Assembly: GCA_903882645.1 (NCBI GenBank)
Contig: CAIRXZ010000148.1
Coordinates: forward strand, 6,554-70,553
Length of the DNA stretch: 64,000 nt
Direction: 5' to 3'
Source: an uncultured Acidobacteriia bacterium
GTDB taxonomy: Bacteria; Acidobacteriota; Terriglobia; Bryobacterales; Bryobacteraceae
How positions within the stretch are numbered: position 1 is the stretch's first letter; every line of letters begins with the position of its first letter. Shown piece after piece: positions 1 to 9,518 of this stretch. The notes beneath the pieces are model-generated. The model was not told where the DNA came from and made no database searches. It saw only the letters and a list, made by a program, of their open reading frames with translations. The translations under genes and the position numbers were made by a program.

Positions 1-621
1 CCGGGCGTCGGATCGTTCTTCGTTCGCGGCGCCGATTTCAGCCTTCCGAAGAGCTTCCGGACGGTCTGGCGGACGCGGTCGCCGGCGAAGTGAGTGCGGA
101 AAGCGCGTTGAGGTTGGACTGACTTGGGGCTAGCCGGACTTTACTCGAAAGCAGGTAAAGAAACGGGCAAGTAGTTGTGTTTCGTGAGGCTTGGAGGGAT
201 CGGGGCGTATTACCCACGTTGGGTGCTACAGAGCTGCTCCAGTCCAGGCGATTCGGCAAGAGCTTGTTGAGCAAGGGTCTGCGTGGATAGCACTGCGGCC
301 ACGCGATTCGGTCCCTTGTCGCCGAGTGGTGGGTAGAGGAGGGCCAACCGCCGCACCGCCTCCGCAAGCGAGGGATCCCCCAGTGAAGGTCCCCACTCAC
401 CCGGCTATTCGAGATCTCTCATTGTCTGAGCCGTTCCCAGTTTGCCACGTCTGGCTTGCGCGCGGAGACCGGCTCGCGCTCCAAATCGAAACCTGGAACG
501 GAGTTCGGCGCGGGAACACGCGCGACGCTTTGCTGGCCGGCGGCGCATTCCATTCCGTTGCCCGGCGAGAGCCGAATTCCGGATTGACGGCGGGTGGCAA
601 GCTGGCGGAGGTCGGCCGGCC

Positions 622-1020
622 CTATCGGGTTTCCTGGAACTCGCCGGCGTATTCGCCGAGCGCAACGCGGTTGGCGATGGCTTCCTGGCAGGCTACGCAG
701 TGGCGGGCCCAGGGCACCGCATCCAGGCGCTTGGGCGAAATCGGTTCCTCGCACTCCATGCACGTGCCGTAGCCTCCGGCGTCGATGCGGTGCAGCGCGT
801 CCGCGATTTCTCGCAGCAACTTCATGTCGATGGTATTCCGGTTGAGGAAGATCCATTCTTCGTGATGCTGCTGGCTGAGGTCGCCCTCGTCGGAGGGGAC
901 GTCTAAACGGGCCACCACCTGGGCCGCCTTTTGGGCGGACATGCTGCGACGGACTTCCTCCGCCTTCTTCTCGAGTATCTTGCGGTAGGCGGCGAACTTC
1001 GGCCTGGGTCCGATTTTCAT
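622..1020 (-). CDS. DksA/TraR-family C4 zinc-finger protein
   Basis: Inner ATG at 1020 of ORF 622..1212 (MKIGPRPK...). C-terminal four-Cys motif CMECEEPISPKRLDAVPWARHCVAC follows a helical region, as in DksA/TraR. The 64 upstream codons are Arg/Ser-rich junk. Confidence 0.75.
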   Translation of the reverse strand: MKIGPRPKFAAYRKILEKKAEEVRRSMSAQKAAQVVARLDVPSDEGDLSQQHHEEWIFLNRNTIDMKLLREIADALHRIDAGGYGTCMECEEPISPKRLDAVPWARHCVACQEAIANRVALGEYAGEFQETR

Positions 1021-1384
1021 CTTCGTTTCGTTTCTCTCTAAGAGTGCGGGCCAACTTCGGCCAGACCTTAATGACGCAATTCCCGCACCAAAGGTTGCAC
1101 CACTTTCGAGGGGCGCTGCGCGAGAGATTTTGGAAGTATAGCCAATCGCGGAGCGGGAAGTCAAACATTCTCGCAATTCAAGAGTCCGGCCCGGTACCCG
1201 CCGGACAAGCACCCGGCTAGAGTGTCTTTTCTTGAGGAAAGCTGCTAATGCAAACTGTTATTTGGACTTGCGGACCGCCTCGATAAGCTCCGGCAAGACC
1301 TGGAACAGGCCCCCGGCGAGGCCGCAATCGGCCGCGTCGAAGATGGGCGCGCTGAAATCCTTCCTGGCGGCGGCCCCTCGCGGC

Positions 1385-2590
1385 TCATTCGTAGCGTAGC
1401 GCCTCGCTCGGGTTCAACCGGGCCGCGCGGTTGGCGGGCAACAGCCCGAACACCAGGCCGACCAGGCAGGAGACGCCCAGCGCCACCACGATCGAAACCG
1501 GCGAGATGGGAATGTCCACTCCCTCCAGGAAGTACCGCGCGCTCAGCGGTATCGAAATCCCCACGAGAATGCCAATCAGCCCGCCGGACAGGCTGAGCGT
1601 CATGGCTTCCAGGACGAATTGCCGCAACACCTCGCGCCGCGCGGCCCCGATCGCCATGCGCAGGCCGATCTCCCGCGTCCGCTCGGTCACGGTCACCAGC
1701 ATGATATTCATGATCCCGATGCCGGATATGATCAGCGCGATGGCCGAAATCAGAATCAGGACGACGGTGAGGATGAGCGACACCTGCTTCGCCGTTTCGA
1801 GAATGGCCGTCAGGTTCTCCACCAGGTAACGGGCTCTCGGGTTGTGACGGCTCCGCAGAATCCGGCGCACGGCCGCGGTAACCGCCTCCACGTCGTCCGC
1901 GCTCCGCGCCTGCACGTACATGGGGTCGATCCGCTCCACCGGGGTGAAGTAACGGATCACGGTCACCGGAATCAGCACCGTCTCTCCGGAGAGTTCCGAC
2001 AGCCCGAAGCTGGCGACCCTCTCCTTGAACACCCCAACCACGGTGAATTGGAGGCCATGCACCTTCAGGACCTGCCCGATGGCGGCGTGGGGACCACCGT
2101 AAAGACGCAGCGCCAGTTTTTCGGTCAGCAGCGCCACTTTGCCGCGGAGCAGGATGTCGCCCGGAACCAGGAAGCGGCCCGCTACCACCGCCAGGTTCCG
2201 CACGGGAGCGTATTGCTCATCGGAGCCGATTACCTGAATGTTCTCTTCCCTGCCGCCGATGCGCATGAGGTCGAACTGGGTCATCACCCCGGTTGCGGCC
2301 ACGATTCGCGGCCCCAGTTGTTCGCGGACCGCGTCGATATCGGCCAGCTTCACGAAGTCCGCCTCGATTTCGGCGCCCTGTGGTCCGGCGTTTTCGCAGT
2401 ATGCGTAGACGATGTTGGAGCCGATGCCGCGCACTTGTTGCAGGACGTAGTCGCGGCTGGTGAGGGCTATGGTGACCACCAGGATTACGGACGCGTTACC
2501 GATCACCATGCCCAGGGCGGTCAGAACCGAGCGCAGTTTGTTGGCGCTAAGGGCGCGGATGCTGAACTGGAAGGCCTCGCCTATGTTCAT
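1385..2590 (-). CDS. ABC transporter permease, MacB/FtsX family
   Basis: 401 aa with an N-terminal TM helix, a large periplasmic segment and a C-terminal FtsX-type TM bundle (MacB/LolE layout). No ATPase or membrane-fusion partner gene is adjacent. Confidence 0.8.
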   Translation of the reverse strand: MNIGEAFQFSIRALSANKLRSVLTALGMVIGNASVILVVTIALTSRDYVLQQVRGIGSNIVYAYCENAGPQGAEIEADFVKLADIDAVREQLGPRIVAATGVMTQFDLMRIGGREENIQVIGSDEQYAPVRNLAVVAGRFLVPGDILLRGKVALLTEKLALRLYGGPHAAIGQVLKVHGLQFTVVGVFKERVASFGLSELSGETVLIPVTVIRYFTPVERIDPMYVQARSADDVEAVTAAVRRILRSRHNPRARYLVENLTAILETAKQVSLILTVVLILISAIALIISGIGIMNIMLVTVTERTREIGLRMAIGAARREVLRQFVLEAMTLSLSGGLIGILVGISIPLSARYFLEGVDIPISPVSIVVALGVSCLVGLVFGLLPANRAARLNPSEALRYE

Positions 2591-2622
2591 GACGGCGTTG
2601 AAGTTGAAATAGTCCAGCTAAT

Positions 2623-4104
2623 GTGCGGTTGGTTACAATATTGCCTGTGCTGTCCCAGACCCGATTGTACCGTCTCCGCGGCATTCTGGGCATCTCCCTG
2701 CTGATCCTGGCGGTACACGGGTACCACTACGGCATCGAAGACGAATCGATTTACCTCCCCGCCGTGAAGCTGCATCTGAACGGCGCGCTTTATCCCTTCG
2801 ATTCCGCTTTCTTTCAGCCCCAAAGCGGGCTCACGGCGTTCCCCTGGCTCATGGCCCGGCTCGCCGCAGTGACGCGTCTGCCGGTCCCGTGGACCTTTTT
2901 TGCGGCTTACTGCGTTTCGATTGTCGCGCTGGTGCTGGCTTTGCGGCGGATTGCGGAACGCTTCTTCCCCGGCGAGCGGTCGCGCTGGGCAGCGGTCCTG
3001 CTGCCCGCCGCGCTGTTGACCATCCCGGTCGCCGGGACCGCCCTGTTCCTCGTGGATCAGCACCTGCACCCGCGGAACCTGGCGACCATTTGCCTGCTCT
3101 TCGCGTTTGCGGCGGCGCTCGACCGGCGCGTCGTGTCCGCCGCGGCGCTTACGGCGGTGGCAGCCGCATTCCATCCGTTGATGGCGCTTTACGGCGCTTC
3201 GTTGCTGAGCATGGTCCTGTGGCGAACCGTGCGCCTCCACTTCGTGGCGCTGGGCGTCTTTCTGGCGGCGGCGTGGTACCTGCTGCCGCCTCCCTCGCCA
3301 GCCTGGCAGTCCGCGGCGCAAGATTACTACTTCCTTCCGAAGTGGGCGTGGTATGAATGGGTCGGGATCTTCGCCCCGCTGGCGGGGCTGGCGGGATGCG
3401 CGGCTTGGGCGTCCTCGCGGAACCTGTCGCTGCTGGCCCGCGCCGCGCGAAGAATCTCGGTGTTTGGCTGGTTCTACTTCGCGGCGGCGGTGGCGGTGAC
3501 CTTCGCGCCCCGTTTCGCCCAGCTTGCCCCGTTGCAGCCGATGCGCTGCCTGCAACTGGTCTACCTGTTTTTGTTCGTGGCTGCGGCCGGGCTGGCGGCA
3601 GACGCGTTTCCGCGCTGGTGGAAGCCCGCCGGCGTCCTGTACCTCGCGCTCTGCGGCGGGATGTGCTACGCGCAAAGGCGGGAGTTTCCAGCCAGCCCGC
3701 ACATCGAGTGGCCGGGGCGCACGCCCGCCAACGACTGGCTCCGCGCCTTCGACTGGATCCGCCTCAACACGCCCGTCCGGGCGTATTTCGTCATGGACCC
3801 CCGCTACATGGACCGTCCCGGCGAAGACTTCCACGGCTTCCGGGGCCTGGCCGAGAGGAGCATGCTGGCCGACCTGATCGAGGACCGCTCCGTGGCGTCC
3901 GTCCGTCCCGAAGTGGCCGGCGAGTGGCGGCGCCAGTCCGAGGCCCTGCGCAACTGGCGCGCCATGGACTTCGCCGCCCTCCGCGATCTCAAGCGCCGCT
4001 TCGGCGTGGATTGGGTATTGCTCGAGCGCAGCGTTCCGCCGGCATCCGAGAGTTTGGTCTGCCCGTATGAGAATGCGCGATTGAGGGTCTGCCGCCTGGA
4101 CTGA
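2623..4104 (+). CDS. Polytopic integral membrane protein with soluble C-terminal domain, function unknown (GT-C-like topology)
   Basis: 493-aa ORF with a GTG start. About 10 or more hydrophobic helices are followed by a ~130-aa hydrophilic tail. No motif was recognised with confidence. Confidence 0.5.
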   Translation: MRLVTILPVLSQTRLYRLRGILGISLLILAVHGYHYGIEDESIYLPAVKLHLNGALYPFDSAFFQPQSGLTAFPWLMARLAAVTRLPVPWTFFAAYCVSIVALVLALRRIAERFFPGERSRWAAVLLPAALLTIPVAGTALFLVDQHLHPRNLATICLLFAFAAALDRRVVSAAALTAVAAAFHPLMALYGASLLSMVLWRTVRLHFVALGVFLAAAWYLLPPPSPAWQSAAQDYYFLPKWAWYEWVGIFAPLAGLAGCAAWASSRNLSLLARAARRISVFGWFYFAAAVAVTFAPRFAQLAPLQPMRCLQLVYLFLFVAAAGLAADAFPRWWKPAGVLYLALCGGMCYAQRREFPASPHIEWPGRTPANDWLRAFDWIRLNTPVRAYFVMDPRYMDRPGEDFHGFRGLAERSMLADLIEDRSVASVRPEVAGEWRRQSEALRNWRAMDFAALRDLKRRFGVDWVLLERSVPPASESLVCPYENARLRVCRLD

Positions 4105-4134
4105 GCCGCAACCGCCGGCGCCGAGCGGCGGCTT

Positions 4135-5376
4135 CTATTCGCGGTAGCGTTTGAAAATCAGACAGCCATTGGTGCCGCCGAAGCCGAAACTGTTCGACAG
4201 CGCGTACTCGATCGTCATGGGCCGCGCCTGGTTCGGCACATAGTCGAGGTCGCATTCCGGATCGGGAGTCTCGTAGTTGATGGTGGGGGGCGCGATCTGA
4301 TCGCGAATGGCCAGCACGGTAATGCCCGCCTCGATCCCCCCGGCGCCGCCGAGCAAGTGGCCGGTCATGGACTTGGTGGAACTCACCGCCAGCTTATAGG
4401 CGTGGGGGCCGAAGGCGCGCTTGATGGCGGCGGTTTCGGCGCGATCCCCCACGTCGGTGGAGGTGCCGTGGGCGTTGATGTAGTCCACCTGTTCAGGCTC
4501 GATGCGGGCATCGCGCAGAGCGTTGCGCACCACGCGGTACGCTCCATCGCCGTTGTCCGGCGGCGCGGTCACGTGGAACGCATCCGCGCTCATGCCGTAC
4601 CCGGCAACCTCGGCCAGCACGCGCGCGCCGCGCTTCCGGGCGAACTCCAACTCCTCGAGAACCAGGATGCCGGCGCCTTCCCCCACCACGAACCCATCGC
4701 GGTCCTTGTCCCAGGGGCGCGAAGCGCGCTCCGGCTCGTCGTTGCGCGTGGAAAGGGCGCGCATGGCCGCGAATCCGCCGATCCCCATGGGCGTGACGGC
4801 CGCTTCCGCCCCGCCGCAAATCATGGCGTCCGCGTCGCCGCGCTCGATCATGCGGTAGGAATCGCCGATGGAGTGCGCGCTGGTGGTGCATGCGGTGGCG
4901 GTGGCCGAGTTCGGCCCCTTGGCGCCGCTGCGGATGGAGACCTGACCGGAAGCCAGGTTGATGATGGTCGCGGTAATAAAAAACGGGGAGATGCGCCGGG
5001 GGCCGTGCTTGAGCAGATTCCGGTGCTCCCGCTCGATCACCTCGAACCCGCCGATGCCGCTGCCGATATACACGCCTACGCGTTCTTCATTTTCTTCGAC
5101 GATCTTCAGGCCGGAGTCCGCCAGGGCGAAGTCCGCCGCCGCGATGGCGAACTGAATGAAGCGCCCCATCTTCTTGATTTCTTTCTTCTCGATGTAGTCG
5201 GCCGGGTCGAATCCCTTGACCTCTCCGGCGATCCGGCAGGAGAAGGCGGCGGCGTCGAACTGGGTGATCGGACCGATGCCGGACTTGCCGGCGCGGATCG
5301 CCTCCCAGGACGTCTCCGAGCCTATCCCGACCGGCGTTAGCAGCCCGACGCCGGTCACCATCACTCTTCGCGACAA
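4135..5376 (-). CDS. fabF: Beta-ketoacyl-ACP synthase II
   Basis: MSRRVMVTGVGLLTPVG N-terminus, active-site context ATACTTSAHSIG and the C-terminal HGTST / SNSFGFGGTN motifs typical of FabF. TTG start at 5376 (alternatives 5364 and 5361). Confidence 0.93.
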   Translation of the reverse strand: MSRRVMVTGVGLLTPVGIGSETSWEAIRAGKSGIGPITQFDAAAFSCRIAGEVKGFDPADYIEKKEIKKMGRFIQFAIAAADFALADSGLKIVEENEERVGVYIGSGIGGFEVIEREHRNLLKHGPRRISPFFITATIINLASGQVSIRSGAKGPNSATATACTTSAHSIGDSYRMIERGDADAMICGGAEAAVTPMGIGGFAAMRALSTRNDEPERASRPWDKDRDGFVVGEGAGILVLEELEFARKRGARVLAEVAGYGMSADAFHVTAPPDNGDGAYRVVRNALRDARIEPEQVDYINAHGTSTDVGDRAETAAIKRAFGPHAYKLAVSSTKSMTGHLLGGAGGIEAGITVLAIRDQIAPPTINYETPDPECDLDYVPNQARPMTIEYALSNSFGFGGTNGCLIFKRYRE

Positions 5377-5403
5377 AACGAGTCTCCCTGGTGAAAAACG
5401 CGG

Positions 5404-5646
5404 CTACTTCTTGGAGGTTTTGTTCTCGATGTACTCGACGGCGTCCTTGACGGTCGTGATCTTTTCGGCGTCCTCGTCGGGGATTTCCAGCTCGAAAGCT
5501 TCCTCGAACGCCATGACCAACTCGACGATGTCCAAAGAGTCGGCGCCCAGGTCGTCAACGAACGACGCGTTGGCGTCCACTTGGCTCTCATCGACGCCCA
5601 GTTGCTCCACAATGATCTGCTTCACCTTTTGCTCTACCGCTGCCAT
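5404..5646 (-). CDS. acpP: Acyl carrier protein
   Basis: Inner ATG at 5646 preceded by a GGAGG-type SD. Contains the phosphopantetheine attachment motif [16 protein letters not shown]. The 80-aa size is typical. Confidence 0.93.
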   Translation of the reverse strand: MAAVEQKVKQIIVEQLGVDESQVDANASFVDDLGADSLDIVELVMAFEEAFELEIPDEDAEKITTVKDAVEYIENKTSKK

Positions 5647-5812
5647 GATTCCTCCTGGGATATTGTGCGAACGGGTTGATTTTAGCGACTTACGCGAGCG
5701 TTTCGCAACAACCGCGGCGGCGCACACGAAGACCGCTGCCCCCCGTTACGAGTCCAGAACATCCATTCTGCCACGGAATCGGTCCGTTGCGCTTGGGGGG
5801 GGGTGGGTCCCC

Positions 5813-7369
5813 TCACCCGGTCGGGGGTTCGCCCGGCGCATCCAGCACCTCGCGCACCTTGCGGGCGAGGGCGTCGGGGAGGAACGGCTTCCTGAGGAAC
5901 GAGGCGCTCGACTCCGGGATTCCATGTTGCAGGACGGCTTCCTCGGTGTACCCGGAGATGTAAAGCACGCGCATCCCCGGACGGAGCGGCGCGATCCGCC
6001 GGATCAGGTCCGGTCCGCTCATTTCCGGCATCACCACATCCACCAACGCCAGGTGGAGCGGCGCCGAGTGATCACTGGCAAGGCGCAGAGCCTCTTCGCC
6101 GCGCGTGGCCTCGATCACATGATAGCCGCGCGTCCTCAGCAGATCGGCGATGAGCGTGCGCACGCGAGCATCGTCTTCCACCAGCAGGATTGTCTCGTCG
6201 CCGGTTGGGGACGCCGACTCCGCGGTCCGCTCCGCGCCGGTCCCGGGCGAAGCTTCCTTCACCGGAAGGTAGATCCGCGCGGTGGTTCCCTTGCCTGGCT
6301 CGCTGATGATGGCGATCGCGCCGCCGCTCTGGCGGACAATGCCGTAGGCTGTGGCCAAGCCCAGCCCGGTACCGCGGCCCGGGGCTTTGGTGGTGAAAAA
6401 AGGCTCGAAAGCGTGGCTCAACGTCTCGTCGTCCATGCCGGCGCCGGTGTCCGTGATGGAAACGGCCACATGCACCCCCGGCTGTACGCCCAGTTGCCGG
6501 GCGGAGAAGCTCTCGCCGAGATGGAACGTCGCGGTTTCGATGGTGAGCTTGCCGCCGCCGGGCATGGCGTCACGGGCGTTCACCACCAGGTTCATGATGA
6601 CCTGCTCGAGGCGGCCGGCGTCCACCTCGACGGCATCCTGGGAAGCCGCCGGGATGGCAACCAGTTCGATATCCTCGCCGATCAGCCGGCGAAGCATTTG
6701 TTCCATCCGAATGATGAGTTCGTTGACGCGCACGACGCGGGGTTCGAGCGGCTGGCGGCGGCTGAAGGCGAGCAATTGCTGGGTCAGTTGACCGCCGCGC
6801 TCGGCCGACCGCCGGATCTCCTCGAGCGCGGCGCGTTGCGAATCCTTCAAATCGGGGCTGGCCAGGAGGAGGTCGCTGTACCCGGTGATGACGGTCAGCA
6901 GGTTATTGAAATCGTGGGCCACCCCGCCCGCCAGACGGCCCACCGCCTCCATCTTTTGGGCTTGCTGGAACTGCTCCTCGAGGCGCGCGCGGTCGCGGCG
7001 CATGCTGGCGGCGCCGATTTCGCGCTCGACCGCGGCGTTGAGCCGCATGAGGTTGCCGCGCCCCAGATGGTCGGCCGCTCCGGCCTTGAGCGCGGCCAGG
7101 ATATCCACCTCCGCGATTTCTCCGGACACCACGATGAGGGGCAGGTCGATGCCCTTCTCGCGAACGATCTTGAGGGCCTCGAGCGCGCCGAGATCGCCCG
7201 CGGCGAAGTCGCCGATGGCGATGTCGCAGCCGGTTCCGAGCGCCGCAATCAGCTCTTCCCGCGAGGCGGCGCGCTCAAAAGCCGGATCGTAACCACCCCG
7301 CCGCAGTTCGGCGGCCACGGAATCCACGCCGCACTCCCCGATAAACAGGATCCGCAGGGGTTGAGACAT
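5813..7369 (-). CDS. Cytoplasmic hybrid histidine kinase (degenerate N-terminal receiver-like domain, HisKA, HATPase_c, C-terminal receiver)
   Basis: Inner ATG at 7369 ([12 protein letters not shown]). H-box [19 protein letters not shown] boxes ([24 protein letters not shown]) and a C-terminal REC (ILLVEDD...[10 protein letters not shown]). No TM segment. Confidence 0.85.
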   Translation of the reverse strand: MSQPLRILFIGECGVDSVAAELRRGGYDPAFERAASREELIAALGTGCDIAIGDFAAGDLGALEALKIVREKGIDLPLIVVSGEIAEVDILAALKAGAADHLGRGNLMRLNAAVEREIGAASMRRDRARLEEQFQQAQKMEAVGRLAGGVAHDFNNLLTVITGYSDLLLASPDLKDSQRAALEEIRRSAERGGQLTQQLLAFSRRQPLEPRVVRVNELIIRMEQMLRRLIGEDIELVAIPAASQDAVEVDAGRLEQVIMNLVVNARDAMPGGGKLTIETATFHLGESFSARQLGVQPGVHVAVSITDTGAGMDDETLSHAFEPFFTTKAPGRGTGLGLATAYGIVRQSGGAIAIISEPGKGTTARIYLPVKEASPGTGAERTAESASPTGDETILLVEDDARVRTLIADLLRTRGYHVIEATRGEEALRLASDHSAPLHLALVDVVMPEMSGPDLIRRIAPLRPGMRVLYISGYTEEAVLQHGIPESSASFLRKPFLPDALARKVREVLDAPGEPPTG

Positions 7370-7385
7370 GAATTTCCGCGCCCGG

Positions 7386-8045
7386 TTAGAGTGGCAGTTG
7401 ATTTGAAAGAGCGGGGTACGCGGCCTGCAGGAACGCGACAGCGGTCCGGACGGCGGCGGCCGAATCGCCTTCGCCAACCGGAATCTGGACCTTAATCAGC
7501 GCCGTGTCGCTACGCCGATAGCGAATCGAATCGGCGATCAGCCAGAACTTGGCCGAGAACTCGTTGGCGATGGTGCGTCCATGGCCCTGGTACCAGTAGA
7601 GCACCGCGAGCTTCTGGTCGCCCCGGCCCACGACGTACCGATTCGCCACCAGCGGGGTCTCGCGTCCAGCGATTTTGACGGAGATGGTTTGCGGACTCTC
7701 CACCGGCTCCCAACCCGAGCCGGGCAGGCAGTTCTTCGGGGAGTGGGGCGTGGCGCCGGTGCGCTGGGTCTTGAAATAAGCGATGAAGAAGTACGCCAGC
7801 GCGTTCCGCGAGGGGGTGGCATACAACCTGTTCAGGGTATCGTCGGCTTTCAAGACGGCCTGTATCTCCGGATCGACTGGAAAGTCCTGGACCATAAGCC
7901 AGCCCGGAAGCGCGGCCGGAAACGAAACCAGGGGGCCGACGGGCGGCGTAAGTTCCGGACGTGAAGCAGTGGCGTAATAAACCGCGCCTTGAAGCGCCAG
8001 CAGGGCGCTCAGCCACAGGGCGTACCGGCTATTGAGAAAGCGCAC
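7386..8045 (-). CDS. EpsI-family exosortase-associated protein
   Basis: 219 aa with an N-terminal anchor helix. Motifs DDTLNRLY and HSPKNCLPGSGW match the EpsI family. GTG start overlaps the exosortase stop by 17 nt. Confidence 0.8.
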   Translation of the reverse strand: MRFLNSRYALWLSALLALQGAVYYATASRPELTPPVGPLVSFPAALPGWLMVQDFPVDPEIQAVLKADDTLNRLYATPSRNALAYFFIAYFKTQRTGATPHSPKNCLPGSGWEPVESPQTISVKIAGRETPLVANRYVVGRGDQKLAVLYWYQGHGRTIANEFSAKFWLIADSIRYRRSDTALIKVQIPVGEGDSAAAVRTAVAFLQAAYPALSNQLPL

Positions 8046-8910
8046 GGTTTCTCCTTTTTTCGGCGTAGCGGCAAGTCCGGACCACGGCTTGGTGGAAAAC
8101 CATCAGAATGATCAGGGCTACCATGAAAATCACCCAGCCGGAAGCCGTGTGGAAGGCGCCTTCGGCATATTCCGGCTTGATTTCAGTCATGATTCCCGCG
8201 AAGGTGACGCGGCTGCCGTTAGCCACGATCGCGATGGGAACGGTGGCCAGGAACAACACCACCCGCAGCCAAATCCGGTTCTCAAAGAAGTACCCGTAGA
8301 CGAGAGACAGGAAGGTGAGGGAGAGCAGCGAACGAATGCCGCTGCAAGCCTCCACCACGGAGAGTTCCTGATTGGGCAGCACGAGGACGTTCCCCTCGCG
8401 CAAAACCGGCACCGACAGGAGCGTCAGCGCGTTCTCCGCCAGCCGGCTGGCGAGAAGCTGGAGGGGAAACGTGATGCTGTTGTAAATCACAGCCGGAATC
8501 GGAACCATGAAAAAGAGCAGGAACAGCGGGAAGGCGAGCTTGCGCAGAATGGCTGTTCCACCAAGCAGCCACACGGCGCCGATGAGGGTAATCACAAAAG
8601 CCGTGCGGGTCAGAAATAACTCGACGGCGAGAGTCCCGATCCAAAGCTGGAAGGCGCCGTAGCCGGCCACCGCCAAGCCCCACCAGTTCGGCCGGACCTC
8701 GATGGCCAGCAACTCCTTCCGCCGCTGCCAAACGATGAATCCGGCCACGAGCGGCACGAAAAAACCGTGGCTCATGTCCGGGTCGGCGTTCCACTGGCGT
8801 CCCAGCGCGGCCAGGACGGGGGCGTAGCAGGCGACCGCCAGCGCGCCGAACCAAGCGACCTGACTCCATGGGAAATGGGATTTTGGGGGCGTTTCCGCAG
8901 CCGTCGTCAT
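8029..8910 (-). CDS. Exosortase (EpsH/Xrt family)
   Basis: 293-aa multi-TM protein with the exosortase signature segments (WNADPDMSHGFFVP, VVEACSGIRSL, ANGSRV). Sits immediately upstream of EpsI. Confidence 0.85.
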   Translation of the reverse strand: MTTAAETPPKSHFPWSQVAWFGALAVACYAPVLAALGRQWNADPDMSHGFFVPLVAGFIVWQRRKELLAIEVRPNWWGLAVAGYGAFQLWIGTLAVELFLTRTAFVITLIGAVWLLGGTAILRKLAFPLFLLFFMVPIPAVIYNSITFPLQLLASRLAENALTLLSVPVLREGNVLVLPNQELSVVEACSGIRSLLSLTFLSLVYGYFFENRIWLRVVLFLATVPIAIVANGSRVTFAGIMTEIKPEYAEGAFHTASGWVIFMVALIILMVFHQAVVRTCRYAEKRRNRALSQ

Positions 8911-9068
8911 AAGCTAAGCTACCGATATCATAGCAGCGCGGCCGCCGCCGAAGGGACGCGGCGCCGGTGCTGTCGCGGCGCCGGTGCGCATAACCGTCTG
9001 GGAGGTGCTTTCGCGAAAGGCTTGGGCAGGCGAAAGGGCCGTTCTCACCTTGCCGCGGAACGATGCGC

Positions 9069-9518
9069 TCAGGGTTCGAGGCGGCCCGACCCCCGGCCGC
9101 GCTGAGGCGGCGTCGGATCCCGCCGAAGCTCGAGCACGAGTTGGACCACCAGGCTCTCAATCCGGTCGCGAACCGCGCAGTGATCGTCGTAGGCCATCGA
9201 GACGGGGTCGTCCACGTCCCAGTCGCGCACAGGGGCATCTACCCGGTCCGCGATGGGGACGCCGCTCATGTTGACGACGAGATCGAACCGGGCGCGCGCC
9301 AGATGGCGGATGGTCTTGGGGAAATGATCGCGCAGATCGAGGTTCTTCTCGGCCATGGCGAGGATCGTCTGCGGCGCCACGCGGGCGGCGGGGCTGAGGC
9401 CCGCGCTGGCGGCCACCAGGACGTCGCGGCCATAGGCGTGCGCGAAGGCTTCCGCCATCTGGCTGCGGCAGGCGTTGCCGACGCACACGAACAGGACTCG
9501 TTTCAAATCGTCGTTCAC
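9069..9518 (-). CDS. Low-molecular-weight phosphotyrosine phosphatase family protein
   Basis: P-loop CVGNACRSQMAE and a DP general-acid motif (DVDDPV). GTG at 9518 overlaps the pdxT stop (GTGA). Lacks the Cys82/Cys89 relay of thioredoxin-coupled ArsC. Confidence 0.7.
   Translation of the reverse strand: MNDDLKRVLFVCVGNACRSQMAEAFAHAYGRDVLVAASAGLSPAARVAPQTILAMAEKNLDLRDHFPKTIRHLARARFDLVVNMSGVPIADRVDAPVRDWDVDDPVSMAYDDHCAVRDRIESLVVQLVLELRRDPTPPQRGRGSGRLEP

Noticed and set aside
128-413. RNase P RNA or tmRNA. CGAGUAAAGUCCGGCUAG on the minus strand (128-146) resembles the RNase P GGAAAGUCCGG box. ACCCGGCUAUUCG on the plus strand (399-411) resembles the ACCCGGCUUAUCG 3' P4 strand. GCGGUUGGCC resembles a tmRNA PK1 segment.
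   Set aside because: The two RNase P-like boxes are on opposite strands and simply complement each other. No other conserved RNase P regions, no tRNA-like GGGG...UUCGA...CCA ends and no plausible tag ORF ending in Ala-Ala were found.
1262-1413. Protein-like minus-strand reading ...DFSAPIFDAADCGLAGGLFQVLPELIEAVRKSK* between the DksA-like gene and the permease.
   Set aside because: It is bounded upstream by a stop at 1414-1416. It has no ATG or GTG, and its only TTG is 11 codons from the stop. At best it is a decayed C-terminal gene fragment.
5813-7369. PrsK (PEP-CTERM system histidine kinase) assignment for the kinase next to exosortase/EpsI.
   Set aside because: PrsK is a large multi-TM sensor. 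This protein has no TM segments and a REC-HK-REC layout, and no PrsR-type sigma54 activator gene is adjacent.
9069-9518. Arsenate reductase (thioredoxin-coupled ArsC) assignment for the CVGNACRSQMAE protein.
   Set aside because: The two downstream relay cysteines of the ArsC family are absent and no ars genes are nearby. It is kept as a generic LMW phosphatase family member.
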